From NCBI RefSeq assembly GCF_004010195.1, contig NC_057753.1, positions 3,255,514 to 3,319,513 on the forward strand: a DNA stretch of 64,000 nucleotides, written 5' to 3'. The DNA is from Chiloscyllium plagiosum. Its lineage: Eukaryota. This document shows, piece by piece, positions 1-10,642 of this stretch (positions within the stretch are counted from its first letter, which is position 1; every line of letters begins with the position of its first letter). A program made the position numbers and the translations under genes. The notes under the pieces are model-generated. The model saw only the letters and a list, made by a program, of their open reading frames with translations, did no database searches and had not been told where the DNA came from.

Positions 1-420
1 AAGATTTGAGCTATAGGGAGAGGTTGAATAGGCTGGGGCTGTTTTCCCTGGCGCGTCGGAGGCTGAGGGGTGACCTTTATCGAGGTTTATAAAATCATGA
101 GGGGCATGGATGGGGTAAATAGAGAAAGTCTTTTCCCTGAGGTAGGGTGAGGTTTAGGTTGAGAGGAGAAATATTTAGAAGGGACCTAAGGGGTAACTTT
201 TCCACACAGAGGGTGGTATGTGTATGGAATGAGCTGCCAGAGGATGTGGTGGTGGCTGGTACAATGACAACATTTACAAGGCATTTGGATGGGTATATGA
301 ATAGGAAGGGTTTGGAGGGATATGGGCCGGGTGCTGGTCGGTGGGACTAGATTGGGTTGGGATATCTGATTGGCATGGACGAGTTGGACCGAAGGGTCTG
401 TTTCCGTGCTGTACCTCTCT
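1..420 (+). mobile_element. CR1 (HER1-like) LINE 3' fragment
   Basis: YRERLNRLGLFSL...RGNFSTQRVVCVWNELP, and 3' UTR ggaccgaagggtctgtttcc. Confidence 0.9.
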
Positions 421-1250
421 CTGTGTCTCTGAGAGATCCCAGAACTGAATTCTCACCCTTTAAGCCTGCTCCTCACCACACCTTCACCTTACCTATCCAT
501 ACAGGACAAAAGAAATCCATTCGGAAACTCAAGTCCGTGCTGATTGTCCGTCGAGTGAGCCAGTCATTTCCATTCTCCTTCACGTCCCCAGATTTCCCTC
601 AACTGCCAGGCTAATTTCCTTTTTGGAAACATCTGCCAGTCCACCATCTTTGTTTACAGAGTTCCAGTCAAAGATACTCACTATCTCATCTTGCCAGCAG
701 CTGGGCATCAAGATATTTCTTTCCCCCCTCCCCGAGTTAGCATTTTCCCATGTATTCAGTGTGAATCAGCAACTTTAGGGGAGATGGAAGGGTGTACTTT
801 GTGTCAACAGTGTGAGAGTGGAGTATGTGGGAAAGAGACATACATCCTCTGGAACAGGAGGGGGAGCGGGTGTTTGGCGCAATTGTTGGTTTAGAATTGC
901 TATCTTTCGACGAAACTGGTAACGTTTGTCATCTCCTTTAGCAGGCTATCGAAAGGAATGGAGGATTTAGGAATGGAAGCAACAGTCGCTCAGCCTTTCC
1001 TGAACCGGACGTCACTGGTCTTTTAATCGAGGCGGAGAAAGAGTTGTCGGATCTCTCTGCTTCAGGAGGGTTGAAACTTGGCTGGAAAACCCACGCTGAG
1101 TGTGTGTTGCAGTGCGCAGACTGTGGCAAGGTGGGGGGAGAACACCGTGGACAGTTACCCAACCTGAGCATAACGTTGTCTGATCGGCGGTGACCAGCGA
1201 CCGCACCCACACCGCTCTTTGGGGGGGGAGGGGGGCGGTTTGCCGGCGCC

Positions 1251-2108
1251 ATGGAGAAATCGTGGAAGTGTGGGGACTGCCAGAAGGGTTTCCGGTCGCC
1301 CTCGGAGCTGGAGACCCACCGGCGGGTGCACACCGGCGAGCGGCCGTTCACTTGCTCCGTGTGCGGGAAGGGCTTCACCCAGTTCCCGATCCTGCTCAAG
1401 CACCAGCGGGTGCACACCGGCGAGCGGCCCTTCGCCTGCTTCATCTGCGGGAAGGCCTTCGCCCAGTCGTGCCACCTGCTGCGGCACCAGCGGGTCCACA
1501 GCGGCGAGCGGCCGTTCGTCTGCCCCCGGTGTGGCAAGGGCTTTGGCCACGCCAACAACCTGCAGCGGCACCAGCGGGTCCACACCGGCGAGCGCCCGTT
1601 TGCCTGCGCCGAGTGCGGCCGGCGCTTCAACAATGCGTCCAACCTGCAGAAGCACCAGCGGGTGCACGCCGAGTCGCGGCCCTTCCCCTGCCCCGACTGC
1701 GGCAAGGCCTTCGCGCAGCTCGCCGGGCTGCAGACCCACCAGCGGGTGCACACCGGCGAGCGGCCCTTCCCCTGCCCCGACTGCGGCAAGGCCTTCCGCT
1801 TTGCGTCCAACCTGCAGAAGCACCGGCGCGCCCACACTGGCGAGTGGCTGTTCACCTGCTCCCGGTGCGGCAAGGGCTTCACCCAGTCCTCCAGCCTGCT
1901 GCGGCACCAGAGCAGCCACGCCGCCGCCGAGCGGCCCTGCCAGTGCGCCGACTGCGGTGGCGCCTTTGCGAGCCCGGCGGCGCTGACGGCCCACCAGCAG
2001 AGCCACGCCGAGGAGCGGCCCTTCGGCTGCGCCGACTGCGCCAAGCGCTTCCGGGTCCTGTCCAAACTGCGGCGGCACCAGCGGGTGCACACCGGCGAGC
2101 GGCCCTTC
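1251..2108 (+). CDS. C2H2 zinc-finger protein (gene A), at least 10 fingers, 3' end lost in N gap
   Basis: ATG in good Kozak context (ggcgccATGG). MEKSWKCGDC followed by 10 CxxC-x12-HxxxH repeats with TGERPF-type linkers. Runs into the gap at 2109. Upstream splice acceptor tttagcag|gctatc at 943-944. Confidence 0.95.
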
Positions 2109-3409
2109 NNNNNNNNNNNNNNNNNNNNNNNNNNNNNNNNNNNNNNNNNNNNNNNNNNNNNNNNNNNNNNNNNNNNNNNNNNNNNNNNNNNNNNNNNNNN
2201 NNNNNNNNNNNNNNNNNNNNNNNNNNNNNNNNNNNNNNNNNNNNNNNNNNNNNNNNNNNNNNNNNNNNNNNNNNNNNNNNNNNNNNNNNNNNNNNNNNNN
2301 NNNNNNNNNNNNNNNNNNNNNNNNNNNNNNNNNNNNNNNNNNNNNNNNNNNNNNNNNNNNNNNNNNNNNNNNNNNNNNNNNNNNNNNNNNNNNNNNNNNN
2401 NNNNNNNNNNNNNNNNNNNNNNNNNNNNNNNNNNNNNNNNNNNNNNNNNNNNNNNNNNNNNNNNNNNNNNNNNNNNNNNNNNNNNNNNNNNNNNNNNNNN
2501 NNNNNNNNNNNNNNNNNNNNNNNNNNNNNNNNNNNNNNNNNNNNNNNNNNNNNNNNNNNNNNNNNNNNNNNNNNNNNNNNNNNNNNNNNNNNNNNNNNNN
2601 NNNNNNNNNNNNNNNNNNNNNNNNNNNNNNNNNNNNNNNNNNNNNNNNNNNNNNNNNNNNNNNNNNNNNNNNNNNNNNNNNNNNNNNNNNNNNNNNNNNN
2701 NNNNNNNNNNNNNNNNNNNNNNNNNNNNNNNNNNNNNNNNNNNNNNNNNNNNNNNNNNNNNNNNNNNNNNNNNNNNNNNNNNNNNNNNNNNNNNNNNNNN
2801 NNNNNNNNNNNNNNNNNNNNNNNNNNNNNNNNNNNNNNNNNNNNNNNNNNNNNNNNNNNNNNNNNNNNNNNNNNNNNNNNNNNNNNNNNNNNNNNNNNNN
2901 NNNNNNNNNNNNNNNNNNNNNNNNNNNNNNNNNNNNNNNNNNNNNNNNNNNNNNNNNNNNNNNNNNNNNNNNNNNNNNNNNNNNNNNNNNNNNNNNNNNN
3001 NNNNNNNNNNNNNNNNNNNNNNNNNNNNNNNNNNNNNNNNNNNNNNNNNNNNNNNNNNNNNNNNNNNNNNNNNNNNNNNNNNNNNNNNCCAGCCAACTCA
3101 TCCTCCTTCCCCCCCCCCCCCCCCCCCCCCAACTCCTCGTCCTATTATTACATTACATGGTTCACTTTCAGTGAAACCCACTCTCCCGCTCTCAGCTCTC
3201 ACGGTCACTTATTCAGCTTCTCCTCTGCCAGTACCAACCACTATCCCCTTGTTCTCCTCCCCTTTCATCTCTCTTTCTACATCTCCATCTATCTCCTTAC
3301 TCCTCCCTCTTCTCTCTCTCTCTCCCTGAATTAACTGGAGACATTGTCTCTCTTAGATTCCCACCGGCTGTTTCTTACAGTAATCATCAACACCCATTTT
3401 GAAATGTGT

Positions 3410-3685
3410 AGGTTAGATTTCCCCTACAGTGTGGAAACAGGCCCTTCGGCCCAACAAGTCCACACCGACCCTCTGAAGAGCAGCCCACCTACATTCGCCT
3501 ACATTTACCCCTGCCTAATGTACCTAACACTCTGGGGCAATTTAGCATGACCTGTGGGAGGAAACCCACACAGACACTGGGAGAATGTGCTAACTCCACA
3601 CAGACAGTCGCCCTAAGGCTGGAATCGAACCCAGGTCCCTGGCGCTGTGAGGCTGCAGTGCTAACCACTGAGCCACCGTGCCGTG
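3410..3685 (-). mobile_element. HE1-type SINE
   Basis: Reverse complement of the 44017 copy with an internal deletion. Confidence 0.85.
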
Positions 3686-4757
3686 TATATTTTTTTATTA
3701 GTACATCTTCATAACTAATTAAGAAAATTACAGTCTCTATTCAGCGCCGATTATCCATCAGTTATTCAGAACCGGGCTGAGCGTGAGTCATTGATTACTT
3801 GGCTGGTCGGCAAATTTGTCAGATTAAGTGGGTCTCTGTGGCCGCGCGAAATGTCTCCCCTGCAGAGCTAATCGGTCTATCTCTGAGATAATGCTCTTTT
3901 CCTACATCAGCCTATGTTTGTAACCAATCTCTGCAAAATGAGATTCCCTCAATCTTGAAGTCTTTGAACTGTAAAAGGTAAAACCACGGGCATTATGGTC
4001 ATACATCAATCCAAGGCTTACAAACAATGGAATGGCCGCAATGAGAAAGAAAAGCATTGGTGGGGGGGGGAGAGGAGTTAGCCCAGTGTCCTGGGACCTG
4101 ATATTGAAAACCTCCGTCAACATCAGTGAGACCTGATGGTCTGGTCGTCAGCAGATCCCTAACTGCATGATCTCGCTCTGTGAGAATCGACTTGCACATC
4201 TCCTGAAGATGTCTACAATTCGCAAAGTTCCTTACCGGCAGCGTTAATACAGCCCGAGATGGCTACTATATAAATACAAATTTATTTTGCGATCGACCGA
4301 TGTTTCAGCTGGAGCACATGCCGGCTGACGGTGGGACCAGACCTCCCAGGATGAACCAAGGGCACCTCCCTTTAGAGGCCACTCAATGAATTGTGGCAAG
4401 TGACCATTTATAGGACTCAAGGAATCAGCCCTTCTCCCTCCTCCTGAGTCATGCAGGCTGAGAACAGACCGTGGAGCTAGCCAATGGACTGAAAGTTACT
4501 TCTCCCACCAACCGGGAAGGGTAACATTTTCAACCCCAATCGTTCTGTCTTTTGTCAAACTCTCTCACGAGATTGCAACAGTGCGTTTATTTCAGAAGCC
4601 CAGCATTGCTTCAAAGTTTGAATTTGTTCTGAGGGGGCTGAAAGGTTCTACTTAAGTATCTTTCCTCCGGCCTGTCAATCTAGGTTAACAATCATGTCGA
4701 GTGGTCCAAGTAGATTGTTCCTTTCAGTGTCCACCCAACTCTGTCACTCTCAAGGAC

Positions 4758-4912
4758 GTTTAATTGGAAGCACTAGCTTTCGGAGCGCTGCTCCTTCATC
4801 GGGTGGTTGTGATGCTCCGAAAGCTAGTGCTTCCAGTTAAACCTGTCAGACTATAACCTGGCGTTGTGTGATTTTTAACTTTATACGCCCCAGTCCAACA
4901 CCGGCCTCTCCA
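4758..4912. mobile_element. Penelope-like terminus, family 2, short inverted arrangement
   Basis: ggaagcactagctttcggagc ... gctccgaaagctagtgcttcc inverted pair. The minus-strand hammerhead at 4771-4805 has a CCGATGA core variant. Confidence 0.65.
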
Positions 4913-4959
4913 AGACTGTTTCCTTGTTTCTCTCAAACTGAACAAGTTCCTCAATGTTG

Positions 4960-5610
4960 GGAAAACAGGCCCTTCAGCCTAACTCATCCATGCTGATCAC
5001 GTTCCTAAACTGAACTAATTTCATTTGCCTGTGTTTGGCCCATATCCCTCTAAACCTTTCCTGTTCATGTACCTATCCGAATGTCTTTTGATGTTGTAAT
5101 TGTACCCATCTCTACTACTTCCTCTGGCAACTTGTTCAAATTCCACGTCGCCCTCTGTCTGGAAAACGTTGTCCCTCCCCGGTCTGTTTTACCCTCTTAC
5201 CTTCAATCTACACCCTTCCAGTTTTGGACTCTCCAACCCTAGGGAAAAACTTTACCTCGTCTGTACCCCTCATGATTTTATAAACCTCGAGAAGGTCACC
5301 CCCTCGCCCTCATATGTTCCAGGCATAAAGTGCCAGCCTTCATAAGCCTCTCCTAAAGTCTTCCAGTCTCAGTAGCATCCTGTAAATATTTTCTTGCACA
5401 CTTGCCAGTTTAATAACGTCCTTCCTGTCGCAGGGTGACCAGAATTGTACGCAGGACTCCAGTATCTCATACAGGTGTAACATGATGTCCTAACCGCTGC
5501 TCTGATCAATGAAGGAAAGCATGCCAAATATGTTCTTTGCCACCCTGTGATGCCACTTTCAAGGAACGATGTGCCCGCACCCCAAGGTCTGACTGTTCGA
5601 CACTCCCCAT
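4960..5610 (-). mobile_element. CR1 LINE 3' fragment, diverged
   Basis: Reverse-complement homology to the CR1 3' end. Confidence 0.75.
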
Positions 5611-7175
5611 TCCCCTGCTGTTCCCATCTCTAACCAATGACTATTTTTATTTTTATTGAGTGTCGTCGATTATCCTGCACAGTTAAACACCGCCGAATCC
5701 CCACATGAACCCCCCAAACTGCCACTTATTCCTCCAGAGGTGTTTTCTGACATGTTATGAAGGCGAACTAACTGGAAATGCAGCTGCTGTGGGATTTAAA
5801 AACTCACTGCAGCTAGTCGAGTCTTTAGGAAGCATCTGCTAGCACGGTGACAGATTCTGCAATTTCCAACTCCCAATACTGAGATGCACAAACGTAAAAC
5901 ACCAGATTCATATTTTATGCGACTGATACATCCTCAACCACATATTTGAAGTCACGAACAAAGACTGAAAAATAAGAATTCCCACGGGGTGAATATTACA
6001 TCCATTTCCTGAACCACATGACCATATTCATGTTGCCGTTGGTCATGTGAAATCACAGTATCGGGGAACAGGAGACCATGAGGGTGTTGTACTTAAATGT
6101 ACACAGTATGCAAAACAATGTAACTGAGCTTGTAGTGCACATTGAAGTTGGTGGGTCCAATGTTCTGGGCGTTATAGAGCTGTGGCTGCAAAGACATCAG
6201 GACTGTTAACTAAAGACACAAGGATATACGTCCTATACTCCCATGTACATAGATCCCTGAAAGTTGCCACCCAGGTTGATAGGGTTGTTAAGAAGGCATA
6301 CGGTATGTTAGCTTTTATTGGGAGAGGGATTGAGTTTCGGAGCCACAAGGTCATGCTGTAGCTGTACAAAACTCTGGTGTGGCTTCACTTGGAGTATTGC
6401 GTACAGTTCTGGTCACTGCATTATAGGAAGGATGTGAAAGCTTTGGGAAGGGTGCAAGGAGATTTACCAGGATGTTGCCTGGTATATAGGACTGTTTTTG
6501 TTAGAGAGAAGAGGGTTGAGAGATGACTTAATTGAGACATACAAGATAATCATAGGGTTAGATTGGATAGCGAGAGCCTTTTTCCTTGGATTGTGAAGGC
6601 TAGCACGAGTAACATAGCTTTAAATTGAGGGGTGCTAGATATAGGACAGATGTCAGAGGTAGTTTCTTTACTCAGAGAGAAGTAGGGGTGTGGAATGTAC
6701 TACCTGCAACAGTAGGAGACTCGCCAACGTTAAGGGCATTTAAATGGGCATTGGATAAACATATGGATGTAAATGGAATACTGTAGGTTAGATGGGCTTC
6801 AGATTGGTTTCACAGGTCGGTGCAACATCGAGGGCCGAAGGGCGCTGGAATGTTCTGTGTTCTAAAAGACAGGCAGAAGGGTTGGAGTGGCCTTGCTCTT
6901 AAAAAAAAAAATTGAATCTACAGCGAAAGTATAGGTATATATAGGTAGAGTTTTTTTAGAGAATGCAAAAGAGAAAAGATGCTCCTGCGAGTTATGCACA
7001 GGCCCCCTAGCAGTAATAAGGGTGTGTGACAGGAAACAAACCCGCTATTACAGAACACATGTAAGAAGCTTGGGAGGACTTCAACAGGTGGCCTCGGAAA
7101 GTTGGGTTGGTAACCGATCTCAAGAAAAGAAATTCATGGAATGTCTACGAGATTTTAATTGTTGTTTCGGAACAG

Positions 7176-7490
7176 GGTGGCACGGTGACTCAGTGGTTAG
7201 CACTGCTGCCTCACAGCACCAGGGGCTCAGGTTCGATTCCAGCCTCGGGGCAACTCCCTGTGTGGAGTTTGCACATTCTCCCTGTGTCTGTGTGGGTTTG
7301 CTCCGGTTGGCTCCCACAGTCCAACGATGTGCAGGGGTTAGGGTGATTTGGCCATGCTAAATTGCCCCATCGTGTTAGGTGCATTAGTCAGAGGGAAATG
7401 GGTCCCGGTGGGTTACTCTTCGGAGGGTGGGTGTGGACTGGTTGGGCTGAAGGGTCTGTTTCCACACTGGAGGGAATCTAATCTAATCTA
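7176..7490 (+). mobile_element. HE1-type SINE
   Basis: tRNA-like head, V domain and (aatct)n tail. Confidence 0.88.
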
Positions 7491-7646
7491 ACAGCTTGTG
7501 GTAGAGCCCATGAGCGAATGGCGAGTTCTGGGATTTGGTGATGTGAAATGAAGCAGACTTGATGAGGGAGCTCATGGGGGAACAGAGCCCTCAGGGATAG
7601 TGACCAAAATTATGAGAGGGAGAAGCTGGACTCGGGTGTGATGGTA

Positions 7647-7967
7647 CGGGTGCACAATCCTTTATCCGAAATGCTCGGGAGCAGCTGGCTTTCGGAATTC
7701 AGGATTTTCCGAATTTCAGAGTCAGTGAAGGTTTGATGGTGAAAGATTTCAAAACATCTTCCCTAACAGCAGACTCACTGAGAGTAAAACAGGCCTGGCA
7801 GTGCTGGGCCACACCCCTCCCCCCCATGTCGCATCTGAGTGACACCCTTCGAGCGGGTGTGGGTGTATTCGCACATCCAACAATTTTGTTAATGAGGGAA
7901 AAGAAAGTCACGAGAAACCTTTGGATTTTGGAGGTTTTCAGATTTCGGATAAAGGGTTGTCTACCTG
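7647..7967. mobile_element. pogo/Tigger-like MITE
   Basis: Terminal inverted repeats cgggtgcacaatcctttatccgaaat and atttcggataaagggttgtctacctg, flanked by TA on both sides. Confidence 0.8.
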
Positions 7968-8709
7968 TATTATGAATGAGTGAAGCTCACTAAACGACCC
8001 GTGAGGGAGGAGCTGCCCAGAATTGATTGGAAGGGGAGCCGAGTAGAGAAGGTGGAGGGACAACAACGGCTGGAGCGTCTGGTGGGGGGTCGTTCAAGAG
8101 ACAGAGCAGAAATTGATCCCGACGAGGAATAAGGGGAGGATGAAGCAACCGTGGCTGATGAGTGAAGTCAGGAACTGCAGAAGAGCAAAAGAAAATGCGT
8201 GTAATGTGGTGAAGATGAATGGGGAGCCTTTGAAAGACAGCGTAAGACCCGGTAAAAAGCAGGAAGGGTGGGGGAACGATGAAATAGGATAAGCTAGCTA
8301 GTACAGCAAACTTTATTTGAACCAGGACCCTAATGAACGGGCACTCAATAAACCAGCAAAAGTTATGTCAGTTAAGTACTGGATGTTGACTGTATTATCG
8401 CGATCTCTGTAACGCCCAAGTAGTCAGTTGAGGACGCGAGTGATAAAGTTGTCTGTGGGTAAGTTTTGGTTAAGGCGAAGTTGCATTATTATGTAAGTGA
8501 TTTATGCTGTAAATAAAGTATAACAGGGAGATGTGTACACTGTGTTACGTTTCCATTATTTGGACCAATAGGCACACTTATGGTCCTGTATAAAAGAAGA
8601 TTCTGAGAGTTTTCTTTTAGGTTTGTAAAAAGCAAGAGTGGACGTTAGACCGCTGGAAATGAGATGAGGGAAGAAGTAATGGGGAGGAAAGAAATCCCAA
8701 AAGAACTCC

Positions 8710-9070
8710 TCAGTTGTTAGCACTGCTGCCTCACTGCGCCAGGGACCCGGGTTCGATTCCAGCCTCGGGGTGACTGAGTGTGGGGAGTTTGCACATTCTC
8801 CCCGTGTCTGCGTGGGTTTCCTCCGGGTGCTCCGGTTTCCTCCCACAGTCCAAAGATGTGCAGGTTTAGGTGAATCGGCCAATGTAAAGTGTCCCATGGT
8901 GTTCAGGGATGTGTAGGTTAGGGTGGATTGGCCATGCTAAAGTGCACCAGAGTGTTCAGGGATGTGTAGATTAGGTGCTTTAGGGGTAAATGTAGGGGAA
9001 TGGGTCGAGGTGGATTACTCTTCAGAGGGTCAGTGTGGACTTGTTGGCCTGTTTCAACACTAGGGAATCT
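8710..9070 (+). mobile_element. HE1-type SINE with internal ~55-bp duplication
   Basis: Head, V domain and a duplicated ggtgttcagggatgtgtag segment. Confidence 0.85.
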
Positions 9071-9547
9071 TGAAAACAAAACGGACTAACTACTTTGCAT
9101 CGGTTTCCACAATGGAAGCCACCAGCTACAGACCAGAACCTGAAAGAGAGTCAGGGGCAGAGGTGATTGACATGTTTATCATTAAGGAGAAGCTGCTGGG
9201 GAAGGGTCTGAAGGTGGATCAATCACTCAGCTTGATGGACAACACCCCAGCTTTCTACGGACGATAGCTGAGGCGAACGTGGAAGCGTTTTTTGGCAATC
9301 TGTCGGGATCGGTGGAGGACTGGAAAATGGCTTATGTAACACCCTGTTTCAGGAGGGAGGGGGCAGAAGATAGGAAATTATTGGCAGGTTCACTAAACTC
9401 CAATAGCTCCTGACCTCGTTACAGTCTCGATACAAACATGGGCCCAAAAAAGCATTCTAAATTCCAGAGACAATCTGAGAGTGACTGCACTTGACCATCA
9501 AGGCCACGTTTGACCAAGTGTGGCATCCAGAACCTCCAGTCAAACTT

Positions 9548-9897
9548 GGGTATCGTGGTTTTTATTGTTGGATTGTTAATCCAGACACCCAGGTAATGTT
9601 CTCGGATCAAAGCCTGTCAGATGGTGGAATTTGAATTCAGTGAAGATCTGGAATTAAGAACCCAGCAATAACCATGAATCATTGTTGATTGTCTAAAAGA
9701 AAATCCCATCTGGTTCACTAATGCACCTTGGAGTCAAATTGCCATCCTTACCTGGTGTGGCCTACATGTGACTTCAGACCCACGGCAATGTGGTTGACGT
9801 TTGGCAATGTGGTTGATGTTTGACTCTCTGGGTCACTTGGGATGGGTAATAAATACTGGCCCAAACCAGTGTTGCTCACGTCCTATTAATGAATGTT
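9548..9897 (+). mobile_element. Old SINE-like element sharing a 3' tail with the LINE at 24320-25320
   Basis: Tail gggatgggtaataaatactggcccaaaccagtgttgctcacgtcc resembles gggatcaggcaataaattctggccagccagcgatgcctacatcc. Flanked by pieces of the same LINE family. Confidence 0.55.
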
Positions 9898-10164
9898 TTT
9901 AAAAATGCTCCAACATAACACAAGAAGCTTGACGTCATCCAAACCAAAGTCGCCCGCTTGATTGGCACCACATTCCCTCCCTCCGTCACCGACACTCAGT
10001 AGCAGCAACGTGTACTGTCTAGAAGATGCACTGCAGACATTCTCCAGAGATCCTGAGACAGCGTCTTCCAAACCACGACCACTTCCACCTAGAAGGACGA
10101 GGGCAGCAGGTACATGGGAACACCACCCCCTGCAAGTTCATCCTCAAATCACCCACCATCCTGT

Positions 10165-10497
10165 TCTGTTTTGGGGCCACTGCTGTTAGTCATTTTTTAT
10201 AAACGATCTGGACGTGGGCGTAGGAAGATGGGTGAGTAAATTTGCCAATTACTCTAAGGTAGGCAGAGTTGTAGATAGTGCCAAAGGATGCTGTGCGTGA
10301 CAGAGGGACATAGCTAAGATGCAGAGCTGGGCTGAGAACTGGCAAATGGAGTTTAATGTGGAAAAAGTGTGAGGTAGTTCACTTTGGAAGAAGTAACAGG
10401 AATGCAGAGTGCTGGGTAAAATACTTGGCAGTGCAGATGAACAGAAAGATCTCTCACCAGATGCATAAATCCTTGAAAGTTGCCACCCAGGTTGCTA
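10165..10497 (+). mobile_element. CR1 RT fragment
   Basis: SVLGPLL..IFINDLD..SKFA motif region. Confidence 0.8.
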
Positions 10498-10640
10498 GGC
10501 AAAAGTGAGGACTGCAGATGCTGGAAATCAAAGTTTAGATCAGACCGGTGCTGGAAAAGCACAGCAGGTCAGGCAGCATCCGAGGAGCAGGAAAATCGAC
10601 GTTTCAGACAAAAGCCCTTCTGGAATAGAGGCAGGAGAGC
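10498..10640 (-). mobile_element. Penelope-like 3' terminus, family 1
   Basis: gcaaaagtgaggactgcagatgctggaa...gcagcatccgaggagcagg, shared with the copies at 16577, 34545, 35006 and 53490. Confidence 0.75.
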
Positions 10641-10642
10641 GA

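Larger units (their letters stand above)
6075..9390 (+). mobile_element. Old CR1 ORF2 (endonuclease to RT start) split by younger insertions, including a CR1 3' end at 6233-6865
   Basis: MRVLYLNVHSMQNNVTELVVHIE...GVIELWL resembles the APE domain N-terminus. DWKMAYVTPCF appears at about 9320. Confidence 0.7.

Noticed and set aside
938..2092. 384-aa antisense ORF and other alternative-frame ORFs over gene A
   Set aside because: Shadow ORFs produced by the GC-rich, 84-bp periodic finger array. The same applies to ORFs overlapping B, E, F and G.
2109..3334. Long ORFs extending through N gaps (also 16939-17162, 23009-23911 and 55456-55523)
   Set aside because: Runs of N contain no stop codons, so the lengths are artefacts. 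The Pro/Ser-rich tail after the gap is low-complexity sequence.
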